64,000 nt of DNA from Pavona decussata (lineage: Eukaryota): positions 434,001 to 498,000 of the forward strand of contig CDRNST010000086.1 in assembly GCA_977016875.1 (NCBI GenBank). The letters run 5' to 3'. Below, one piece after another: positions 48,501 to 60,500 of this stretch (within the stretch, counting starts at the first letter, position 1; each line of letters begins with the position of its first letter). The notes beneath the pieces are model-generated. The model saw nothing but the letters and a program-made list of their open reading frames with translations, was not told where the DNA came from and searched no databases. The position numbers and the translations under genes were made by a program.

Positions 48501-51500
48501 GCTTTCTTTCTCCAAATCTTGCTGTACAACCTACGTTCAAATTTTTGCTGTTCACAGAAAACACTAAAACAGAAACGTGAACATTTTTTAAAGAAAATTT
48601 ATCAGAAATTTTTTTAAGAATTTTCAAATAAGGCAAAATTCCACAATGTCGTAATTTGCCAAATTTCTACCTTACAGAATTATGTGTGCTTCCCTGTAAA
48701 TACTTATTTTTGGCCATTTTCCAAATCCTGAAATTTTGAAGTGGGGTCATACAAGTAGATTTAGAGCCAGACAACTCTAAAAGGTGTAGCTCCCATGCCC
48801 CCGCTAAAGACTCGTTCTACTGTATTGGACTCAAAATTATCTCCATTGTATTTATCTTTGTAGAAAAAATCTTCAAGAAAACTCTGACCTGTTAGCATTA
48901 TCCTAAGTTTGATTCAAGGCCTGTTTTCGCCCCAGAAAACTGTAGTAAGCCACCTTAAAAATGTTGGCTTTTGTAGATCTCAATGTGGAAAGATGGGTGG
49001 GTATGGGTATTTTGTGGAACAACACTTGACAAATTAGGTGAAATAAATATCTCACCGAAAAAGTTATCAGCCCACCCAATGTTAGTTAAACCTCATGAAA
49101 TTCCAGGCACCATTTAGACAGTCACTTGAAGTGGGAGTAGTGGTGACTGATTGCACATTCTTCTGTTCTTCTTGCACTGTCAACCGGTAACAAACTGTAC
49201 AGGTCTACACTTTTCTTTGATTTCGTCTCCCTCCATTTTTCACAATTCAGTGTTGTTTAGAAACTTATGTACGGTGCAAAACACTTTGCATTCCTTGCCC
49301 TGTCCAACACTGTATGGGGAAAAGGGGCTATTTACTATTAATTATTAATACAGAGTAACTCCAGAAAAGGTAGAGGATCTAAGGGGGTAATTGTGATGGT
49401 CATTTTTTTTTAAACCACATAGAAATTACATGAACATGACAGTGTATGAAATTGGCTGTTTTTCAGGGAGTTAAATAATCAATTCTTACACAAAAACCAA
49501 GATCTTTGGTTCACATACATGTGCATGTGTCCTGCCAAGTCTTTTCTCTCTTTTCTTTTTCTTTAATAATTATTATCACATACAGGTGTACACTGTCATT
49601 TGTGACCAGCCATAATTAGAGAGCATTTGGTCATTAAAAGCTCTTCGATCTACGGTATTAATAAATGTTTGATGCCAAGCAACATAACTGAAACCATCGG
49701 TGTGACGATATATATTGATATTTTAATTAATAATGTTCTCTTTTCTGATATATAGGAATACAATGGAGGCCTTCTGCATAAGGAGGAAGTTATGTTGCGT
49801 AAGGCTATGTATGCCTCATTGCATGAGTCCAAGAGACCTCTTACAAAGCTTCCCAATGAACTTTCAACAACAAGCAGTGAAACATTAAGCAGAAATGGCT
49901 CTCACATTTTCACTGTTGTTGATTCCAAGGAAGAAGAGTTAATTAGCAAGCAACATGTCTCTCCCGATGAGCTTGACAACAATAATGGTGGCAGTGAATC
50001 TGGAAAAAACATTGACCCAAATCATCCCTCCTTGCAGGCTTACCCTGAAATGAAAAAGAAGTTGAAAATATCAAAGGAGCCAAGCAAACTTCTTAATTAT
50101 GTCATCAAGAAAAAGAAGGAGAAAAGAACTAATTCAAGAGCTTTGATCAGAACTCTGTCACCAACTAAACTTTCAGGGAATGCTGAAACAGGTTTCCCTG
50201 GTTCTTTGAATGGGAAATCGAAAAAGAAAAAAAGGAGGCAAAGAGGAGCGCTTGCTGTATTTGTTGCCATGAATAAGTCAGCAGGTGGAAAAATATTGAG
50301 TAAAAATCATTTCTCTAAGCCAGAGAAAGAACAACTCTTAAAATCTAAAAGGAAGAGAAGGAGGAAGAGGAAAGAATTTGAGAATGAAATTTGCAGTCAG
50401 GGTGATGGTGCTGGTGTTGGAAGTGAGGAATCACCACCCAAGAAATCCAAGAAAGAAGACAAAAAGTAAGTTCTGTTAGCTGTAAATTTATTACAGATAC
50501 TTTTGAATAGGACTTATTCTATTTAAACAAACTTGACTGTGTAAATTTTGTTGAGGGGCTTAATTAGCTGACAGTTTGCCCCAAAGAGCTACATGTATGT
50601 TGTGGTTCAATTTTATCCTTGGTTTAAATTTTATTTTTCTTTGTTTTAAACCCATTATCATTACGTTTTCATAACCAAGAACAATAGAAAGATAAAATTT
50701 AAACCAAGGATAAATTTCAACCACAACATACTTACTTGTAAGTTTTTAGAACATCAAATTGGCAAGGGAATCTATCAGACAGTGCATTACCCCTGAGACG
50801 GAAGCACTCTTACTACTATCTTTATTGTTGAACACTACCAAATCTTCTTCAGATTCAGAACAGATCTATATATGTATGAATATAATTGGAATGAAATTTT
50901 GACCTGTTAGGCAAACAGTTGAAATAAAAAAGGCATTATACCTTTATCACTCAGCGGCCATGTTGAGTCTTGGGGGAATAAAAAGCTTTGTTTTCGCATG
51001 GCAAGCATCGACTAGCTAAACAGGAATTCAGTGCGAGGCTTGCCATGCAAAAACAAACTAAGCTTTTTATTCTCCTGAGACTCAACATGGCAGTCGTGTG
51101 ATAAAGGTCTATTGGAAAGAAATAACTTAGTACATTATAATGAAAGCACCCTCCTTGTAGTGAATTAAAAATAAAACAAATGCATGACATGGATTTATTA
51201 CTACTTTTGCACCGTATGATCAGTTAAAATCAATAAGACTAGAAGAGAGTTAAGTGATGAACTATAAGAGCAATAACTTGAACTACATTTGTTATTAAAA
51301 TAAAAAAACATTTCACCAGCAAGTGGTAAATGAAAGGTGTTCCTTCAGGAGCATTTTAATCAAATTAAATGAATCCCAACTTGTCAGACCTATTGGAACT
51401 GTTATTACTTGTTATTGTTACAGGTATCATTAAGTAAACTGTAGCTTGGGAAAAACTATGTATTACTACATGTAATGGCTGCTGTGTAAATTATATCCCT

Positions 51501-54500
51501 TGCGTGGTCAGCACGTAATAAATTGATTTTACCTTTGTCCCGCTCAATCCACAGGTAGTGACAGTGCATAAACAGAGCTTGCAGGATTAAGATCCATTTT
51601 CACAAATCAAAGCAATGCTAACTCTAGTCCACCACGAGGTCACTCCTGGTTTTTGCTTAGTGTAACTGATAGTCTCCTGGAACCCTGGCTTGTTGTTTTG
51701 TACATTTGTTTGTAAAGCAGAGTTCTAAACAATATGATGCAATGTTTCTTGTCTGAAGCTACATGCATTATATATGTAATGTTGGAGATAATCCCAAACA
51801 CTGTCCTTTAGAATTTGGAAGTGTTGAAACTTGTGCATATTTAAACACTAGACCCTACACATCCTGATGGTGCCTTCATAACCCCTTAATAAGCCCTGAT
51901 ATCAACAGGTATATTCCCATCATTCTGCTCCATATATTTCTTTTGGTAAAAGTTTGGAGAATGTCGCCTTTGTGATTATTGTTTCCTAAATATTCTTGTG
52001 ACTCATATCGGTCACTGTTTGTTTTTAGACTAGGCAGAATGGTGCACGCTCAGAGGAAATTTGCCAGGACACATCCACCGAGTCCGTCCAGGTAGACCCT
52101 GCAATTTTGCTTTACAGTTAATTGTGCTGCAACAATAAACTGCAATATCAGCGTATTGTGGTATTAATTTTTTTCACACAAATATATGAATACCAATAGA
52201 AGAACAGGGATACAAAATGAATATGATTACAGTGCCCTAAATACATCTTTCTTTTATATTAATTACTGTTTACAAAAACAGGAAGATAAAGGCTCTGCAC
52301 CTTCCTCCCCCGACCCAAGAAAAAAATACTGGTAAAAAATATATTTCATTTGGGAATGCTGTCTTGTACCCAAGTATGAATTTCTTCAGACTTTCAGTTT
52401 CAGTGGTAGATGAGTTTATGAAGATATATGTCCAGAAATGCAGGCAATGACGAAAATTGTTAAATTTGACGTTATTTTGCCAGCAACCAAAATTCAGGCG
52501 AATGAGCTCAAGAGAATGGTACCAACAAAGTGGTGAATTTGTCAAATACAGCGAATTTGGCAAATATGGCGAATTTGATGATATTTTGCCAAGGCCAAAA
52601 TTCAGGCGAATAAGCTCAAGAAAAGGGTACTAACAAAGTGGCGAATTCAATGAATACGGCAAATTTGGAAAATATTGGAAAACAGTTTTTTAACTCCCCC
52701 ACAGATCAAAGCAATTTACTGCTCGATAAATAAATAACAGCATAAAATTAGAGAAAATATACCCAAAACTGAAAACAGTATAACTATATAAAATAGGCTA
52801 GATTAGATTGTGACCTGAAAATTGGCGCCCATGTTTAATGTCAACACCTTTTCTGGACCATCACATGCATTTTATTTATTTCAGAACTTGGAATTTGAAA
52901 ACTGTATATATTATATTAATCTTCTTCAAGAAGAAATGATACTTGCTTTGTTTAATCTATAAAAAAAAATAGTATGTTTATAATTTTGCTATAATAGCTG
53001 TTTTGAACCTTGATCCTTGCCTGCATTTCTGGACATAAGTGGAGAACAGTTATTAACAGCTTGCTCATGACACAAAGTCTGTGAAATATCAGTGGAAAAG
53101 AAAACTTTTTTTCCTTTTTGGATCTTCTTAAGTCTGCCACACACTAGCTGATTTTTTGTCGTCCGAAGAAAAATCTTCACTTGTTGGCTAGTGTGCAGTA
53201 AATTCAGACAAGTCTGCGACAAGATCAGGGCTTGGCAGGCGATATCTGACAGTGCTAGATCTCAAACCGTCTTGTTGGGCCTTGTCAGCTAGTGTGCGGT
53301 GGACCAAGACAATTTGTCGGGGCTCGCGCGCGCCTCAACCAATTAGGAAATGTCATGAGAGTCATGTGAACAAGCGTCTTTTCCAACACGCCGGAGGTCG
53401 AAGCTGAGATCAGCGCGGAGATCTTAAGATAATCGGAAGTACCACTGAAACCCAGTCGGATCTTCGTTCCCAAGCTCTTGAATTAGGTTGTTATATACAC
53501 CTTGTTCATTTCGTCTGGTAATCCAGCTTTTAACCCATGTTGTTCTTGTGCTGCTTTTGTGATGCCTCTTTATCCTCTATAGAAAAGTCAAGGTAAACAA
53601 AGCAAGTTTCAATTTTTGCCACGTCAGTGGAATAGGCGCCATCTTGATTTTGGATGACTCGGCCCCAAGCCTCAACGTAGTTACTGTAGTTGCGACAAAA
53701 AATCCGCTGGTGTGCTGCAAGCTGACGGCCAGACAAATTTTAACCCGATTTGACCCCAACAAAAAATCTGCATTTCTTCAACAAAAAATCGGCTAGTGTG
53801 CGGCAGCCTTAAACTTGAGGTGCAGCTTATGTACAAGTGTGGTCTAATTCTGCAAGTGGTTAACATAATACTATGTCTTGCTTTTTAACTTCAGTAAAGT
53901 TTGCTTTTTACTTGTAAATTGTTGCTGTTTAAGAACCATAGATTTGGGTTGCACAGTGAAACATTATAATAGCCCTTTTCATTATGGGCCAGCATAGCCA
54001 ATAGAATGAAAACCTTTGGAACTATCTTGAGGGTCTATGCTTAGAAGCACGCCAACGCACATCAGAGGCAAATGTCATGTGTCAATAATATTGTGACCCC
54101 ATTAATTTTCCTCTTACGTAAGTTGGCAATGTACTCTGGAGTTAACAGTTTGCGATGGCGTTCTTCAACTTTGAAACCAACCAGCTGAACATTCTGCCTG
54201 TTGCGGCATAGGTCAGGTCTCCATGACGTTTTGTTTGTGGTAATTAATTTTAGTAAATATTATAATTACGGCCTCTAAAATTATGTGTTTATTTCATTAT
54301 TTTCTCTCCAGCATTAAACTTAAGGAAGACAGAAATTTGTTGTCGTGTTCTTTAACAAGAGCCAAGACTGAGGATTTCTTGACCTTCCTTTGTTTAAGAA
54401 GTAAGTAGCATACATGTACATCCCAACAGTACTGTCGTCATCTCACGTTGACCAGTCCTTTCAACGAGAGCTCGGAGGCACAAACTATGTGTGACTACTG

Positions 54501-57500
54501 TGAATTTTAGTCCACAAATTTCAATGATGGCATTTTGTACAGTCTACTATATGAATTGAAGGGCTGAGAGCATAACTGACCTAAATGCATTTTAGATCAC
54601 TGTTTGTTTTTTTAACTCAGATTCACCTGAGTTTTTGCATGTGGCCTTGAATTTCTTCAGGAAACGTTGTTCCAATGTTTTATTCGCTGCTGTTCACTTT
54701 GTTTTGTGATAAAAATGGACATCTTGCCCATAATGATAGGTTTACATGTGTAACTGCAAACGATTTGCAAAGCAGCAGATAAAATTCAAAGCATTCAAGG
54801 CCAAATGTAAAAACTCTGGTGAATCTAAGCTAAAATGACAAAAGCAATCGGAAAAATCATTTAGGTTGGTTATGCTCTCAGTCCTTCAATTACTCATGTT
54901 TACTAGTCTAGATCTGATGAAATGCTGATAAGTGTGTGATCATCAGACAAGTATAATTTTTTAATGCTATCATAAATACCCTTCACTGGATAAGTATCCC
55001 ATTAAGGGGGAGTAGTAATGCTCATTTGTTTCATCGTGCTACAGAAAATGGTTTTAGGTTCCCGTGATCATGAGCCAGTAGAATATTGAAGACACTACAT
55101 TGTACGTTGCACAGAACTGTTGTTAATGTTTCAAACTTTTTGTTGCAGATAATCCTGTCCTGCCTAAAGAGCTTGAGATGTTCAATAATCCTTGTCTACC
55201 AATGTCACCCTTATCAGACAACGATGAGGACATTTCGTCGCCACCCTCCCCCACCCAGTCCCAGTCATCAATGTCAAATTTCTCAAACCCATCAAGTACA
55301 TGTACCGTCCAAAAATCCTTTTCTGACTCCCCTGCCCCATCCGTGGACAGTCCAGCCACGGGAGAAGGGCCTTCTTGGGAGAGTGGAGTAGTAAGAATGT
55401 ACGCCGATGGTCCCAAGGGGCTTGCTGGCAAGGACAAAGAGCAGAAAAAATATGACGAGTTTCTACCAAGCGATGAGGCTGATGTGAGTGATTATTTTTT
55501 CTTGATGTGTGAATATTAACTGTATATGGGCAGCGCAGTGGAACCTCACATTCCAACCGCCCCTTTATTTCGACCAGCTATGATAAACGCAGTCACATCT
55601 TTTCAGCGCAGACTGTTCATAACTTATGCAGCCATTTTCTTATCTGAAAGCACTAATCCAAGCGCCCTGGGCCGAGTTGTTCAAAGCCTGATTAAGCTAA
55701 TCCTGGGTTAACGTGAACTTTGGTTCGAGTATATGTTACTAATCCGTAAGGATTTCTCCAAAAGATTTTGCCCCTCAGTTTTGCCTTAGACTTTTCTTTA
55801 CCATGAGATTAAAATGAGCCTTTAAAATTATCTTTAACAAGCGAGTTGAAAACCTCGGTTAACTTTTAATCATGGATTAGCGTTAATCGGCTTTCGAACA
55901 ACCCGGGCCTGCTCTATCAAGGAGGTTCTTCTGTACCATGTTCACTCATTCAAGTTTAAATCATACACTCATTCTTTTTATCAGTTACAACATGTCACCC
56001 TTACCCTTTATTGCCGGTATCAACTCGCACCCTTCTCAAAATGTGTCACAAGCTGGCACTTGTGTCATGTATGCTCAATCATTTGCTACTTCCTTCACAT
56101 TGGAGTTTTGTTTGTGTATAGGTTTGAATCTTTCATAGATTTCCATCACATACTCTGTGCACAGGCGTGGTTAACCTTTAAATCCTATTTTACAATAATG
56201 ATCAAAATTCCTGCATGCTGATTTACTCATAGCTATTGTCTACAAGAGCACAGACATTAAAATTACATCAGATGTGCACTTTCTCAACAGAAAATAAAGC
56301 CAATTCCGCTCATACTATTTCCATGTTATTGGATATGATCTGTACTCTTATAGACCATAAAATGTTCAAAACTTGGCAGTGAAACCACTCACCGCACCGT
56401 TTTGGACATTTCATGACGTCATTTTATGGTCAGACCATAAAAAGTTGCTGTTGATTTGTTTATTATCAACATGAATAATTATTCTCCCTGCTTCACTCCA
56501 TATATTTCTTTTGGTATTATTTGGCAGAATTTGGGTTAAACATTAACAGATTTTATCTTTGGTGATCATTTCCTATATTCTCACCACTTTTATGTTTGAC
56601 TAAGCAGTGATACTGTAAGAAGAAGTTAGAAATTACATGTTTTTGTGCTTCATACCACTGTTTCATTATTTTTCATGAATTTTTCAGAATTTGGATACCG
56701 TCCAAATATAATTTGAATTCAAAGAAGTACCTCTTATCATACTGATTATTTAATAACTTATTGTCCGTAAAGAATGCAGCAACATTGTGTGAATAATCAC
56801 TTGTACTTTAAATTGTGCATTTTATTACCAGCTGCCAAAAGAATCATATCACCGAATTTCGATTCTGTTGTGTAAAATACCAATAAACGTAAGATGCTCC
56901 GAACGCATTTGCAATGTTGTTACTGATCAAAGCTAGCGTAAGTGGTATCTTGTTTTCAGTTGTTGACTGTTATTAGGTAACTTCCATTTGCTTATTCTAT
57001 TTTATATTTCATAAACTCACAAGTTACCACTGTTACTTGTAATACTGAGTTAAAAATCTGCTTGTACATCCAACGGTTGCATTGCAATTGATTTTGTTTT
57101 CAATGCCTTGCAGTGTGAATTCATTAAACGCGTTGATTTTTGAAAAAAAATGTATTGTGTCAGTTACGTTTACTTCACCTGATATTGAACTTGTGTTGAA
57201 GGAAATTAAGTATAAAATTTAGATTAAAACATTAAAACAACTAAAACCTGTTTCCATATGGCAATTTTAATTGTTGGCTAATTGAAGATGTAGTTACTGT
57301 TTTTGCCAACTGGACGCCTTCCTAAGTATGTACATGAATCTCAATACTGTAAAACGACATCAAGTATCAAGACGTGTGGAAACGTTTTTTTTTTTTTTAA
57401 TTTTTATTTATTTTATTTATTTATTTTTTTTTTACGGTTAATGAAAAAGACTACCTCAAGAGGATGTTAATGCGACAGGAAAAGTAAAATGCTAACTGGA

Positions 57501-60500
57501 TGACAGTTGGGATGTGTTAACTGGAATCGCGTATGTTTAGTTTCAGTGCAAAACTGGCAAACTTCAATCTTATGACATAGGGAAGAGTTGAGCCAGCTTC
57601 AAACACGAAAGAGCCCACTTTCTGCAACACCGTGTAATTTCTTTTAATTTCTGAAGTCGTTTTGTTTTTGTTGATTGGCGATAAAGAACGATGGCCTGTT
57701 ACTATTTCACTCTCAATAAGTCCTTGGTATCTACAATGTATTTTTTTTTTTTTCGAAAATTAGCTACTGAATTTCATGGCAAACGATAATATCGCACAAA
57801 CCATGCGTAACCAAGTGTTTGGGTAAACACTTCTGCCTATGTTTGCTCTACTTTCTCAAAGAAAGTCACAATGAAATTGCCAAATTACATGCTAATTAAT
57901 ACATAGAGTTCAAAGTGGTTTCTCTCAAATTCCTTGGTGGTTTGTAATCAATTCCCTTGGGAATTCATCTAATGAATTCGCTTAAAATTCCTATGCAATG
58001 CAACCATTGTTGGTCAAATACCTTTCAATTGGGTGGGTCTCTGAATTAACAGAATTAAGCGGTGCTAATCGCCCGGCTAGAGGGATTGTTTGAATAACAT
58101 CTGCGTTGTTGCAATCGAAGTAAAAGTTCTTTCAGTTATTTGGATTATTTTGTTTGTTGTTTCGCTTCCATAAATCAGAATACATATAATTTCAGCTTGC
58201 TTTCCGATGATTGCAGCCGATCCGCAAAGATCGTAGAAATTGTTTATCGATCGCAAAAGATCGCCAAGAGTTGTGTCCCACATGATCGCAAAGCATTGCA
58301 AACGATCGAAAAAATATATTCTTGTTTATTCTATTCTGCCTGTGTCCATTCTGGACATCCGAATTGGTTTATGAACTATAATGGCATGAATTTGTATCGC
58401 GCGATTGTTAAACATTGGTTTTCAGTTCGCACGATCGTAGCTGGTCGAAAACGGTCGCAGACGATCTAAGGAGAGACAACATTATTCTATCTTTCACGGT
58501 CCCCTACGATTGAGATCGCAGAATCATAGACGATCGCAAACGATCCAGAAGTTTGTTTCCACATGATCGCAGAATTTTGGTGGCTAATATTGCGTTTTTC
58601 TGAGATTTTTGCTGGGGTAGCTCAACTGCGAACAAGAGCTATTTTAATTTCTTTTGGTAACTATTGACGAAAGAAAAGCTGAACGAAAATAACAGGTTCA
58701 TCAAGCGACCAAGTAAGAGTAACAGCGCGGTAAAAATTAGCCTTCAGCTGGTTTGTAAAATCTTTTCAGTTCAATCATATTTAATCCCATGCTTTCTCCT
58801 TCTGTTTCCTAGGATCCAAGAGAACTCATCAAGTCAGTTACACCTCCACTTGCCTTTCGAGTGTCCTCTCGCCCAACAAACTGGACAGGCTGCAGGGCAA
58901 AGGACAAACAGCTTCCCAGACCCATTCCAAAACCATTCGCTGTGAAACCTCCGCTAACGGGGGCTTCAACCAGCAGGACTTCATTTTTCCCCACGGGGGC
59001 TTGTGGTACAGGGGATGACGGCATCCCCCCTCCCCCTCCGCTATTACACCCTGCGGAGTCAACCTCGTGTTCTCCACCTCCGCCTCCATTGCTGTACATC
59101 CCTGCTGCGGCTCAGAGAGTTACGCACCTTCATGGCCCTCCCAAGCTACAACGATTCCCTTCAACGTCTCCTACACACGAGCAAGAGAGCGGTGAGTGCA
59201 CAGAGCAGCAGAGGTTGTCAATCGATAGGAATGCTGGACCCCCGCCTCTAACGAGATTTCCGCCTGTTGTTATAGAAGAGCAGGAAAGCGGGAAGAAAGA
59301 TCACGATTCGGAAGGAAGGGTCTCGAACGAGCTGTCTTCAATGCAAAGTAGTTCTTCAGAGCTCCGTTCCTGTTCTTCGTCGTCGGAGAGTAAGACTGAA
59401 TTGAAAGCTGATTCTCCTGCTTCTAATTCCGCTTTACCTAGCAGCGGTAGATCGAGCAGTTCTCTTTCCGACTTGAGCAAAATCTCGCAGATGGAAACAG
59501 AGGCAGAAGGAGCAGCGTCCCGTTGGAGAAAGAAAGAAATGCCATTGTTAAGGAGGCACTCCTCAGGCAGTCATGACGCTGTGTGCTTTGAACAACTGGT
59601 GAACTTCCCTGGAAGGTCACGCGTTATCAACTCTAGGAGCAGTCCACCTCAGCTCCAACGCGTTCCTATCTCAGCGGACGCAAGTATTCAAAGACAGCCC
59701 GGCCGACTTGAACCTTCTAGCAATCTTCTTAAAGCCTCTGCTGGTGTTTCTCAAACTTCTGTTGATCGATTGGAAACTTCCGGTAGCCGACTTGAATCTT
59801 CTGCTAGTCGAATTGAACATTCCTGTACTGGACCTGAAACTTCCGCTGATCGAGTTGAAACTTCCGGTGCTGGTCCTGGAACTTCCGGTAGTCAATTTGA
59901 AACTATCGGTGGTCGACTTCCGTCGACTCCCTTGGGTCGATATGAAACTTCCAGTAGTGGACTTCAAACTTCCGGTGGTCGTCTTGAAACTTCCTGTAGT
60001 CGATTTGATGCCTCATATAGTCGGCTTTCACCGAACTTGCCGTTACAGCCTCCTGGGCTGGTAAGGCACACAACGAGCGGACAGGGTCACCGCGGGGCAA
60101 ACTTCAGTGTAACAACACTTCACAACGATCTATCAACTTCAAGTGGATCCTGTCAGCTGCGGGCCTCACCATTGGCGTTTTCTGCGCACAGAAACAGTCC
60201 CAGAACGTTCCAAGAAAACAATTACCAAAGACCTATCGCCATTGCTGAGGCAGCTGTGCCTGCAAGGAGACCCACTCCAGTTCTGCTCGCCACTAAAGAC
60301 AGGTATAAAAGCACTTACGTGTTCTCCAACCGGCAAACTTTTCTGCCGCCGGAAAATGAACCGAGACCTCTGCAAGTGAGCTCTTTGATTATACCGAGCA
60401 AACATCCCGTGAGTATAGCACCGAACCTTGGTGAAGTCAGCTCAGTGCCTTTTCAGTCAGTTGATAACTTTAGCCAATCGGATGAAAGGCGGTCTTTTGC

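Noticed and set aside
51555-51638. 84-nt exon-like segment in JARID2 intron 2
   Set aside because: Plausible acceptor but weak donor (GTCACT) and stops in all three frames; a poison exon cannot be supported without RNA data.
59708-60064. Leucine-zipper-like ORF (LKLPVVD)n as an overlapping gene
   Set aside because: Alternative frame of the 21-nt repeat; non-ATG start and no splice support.
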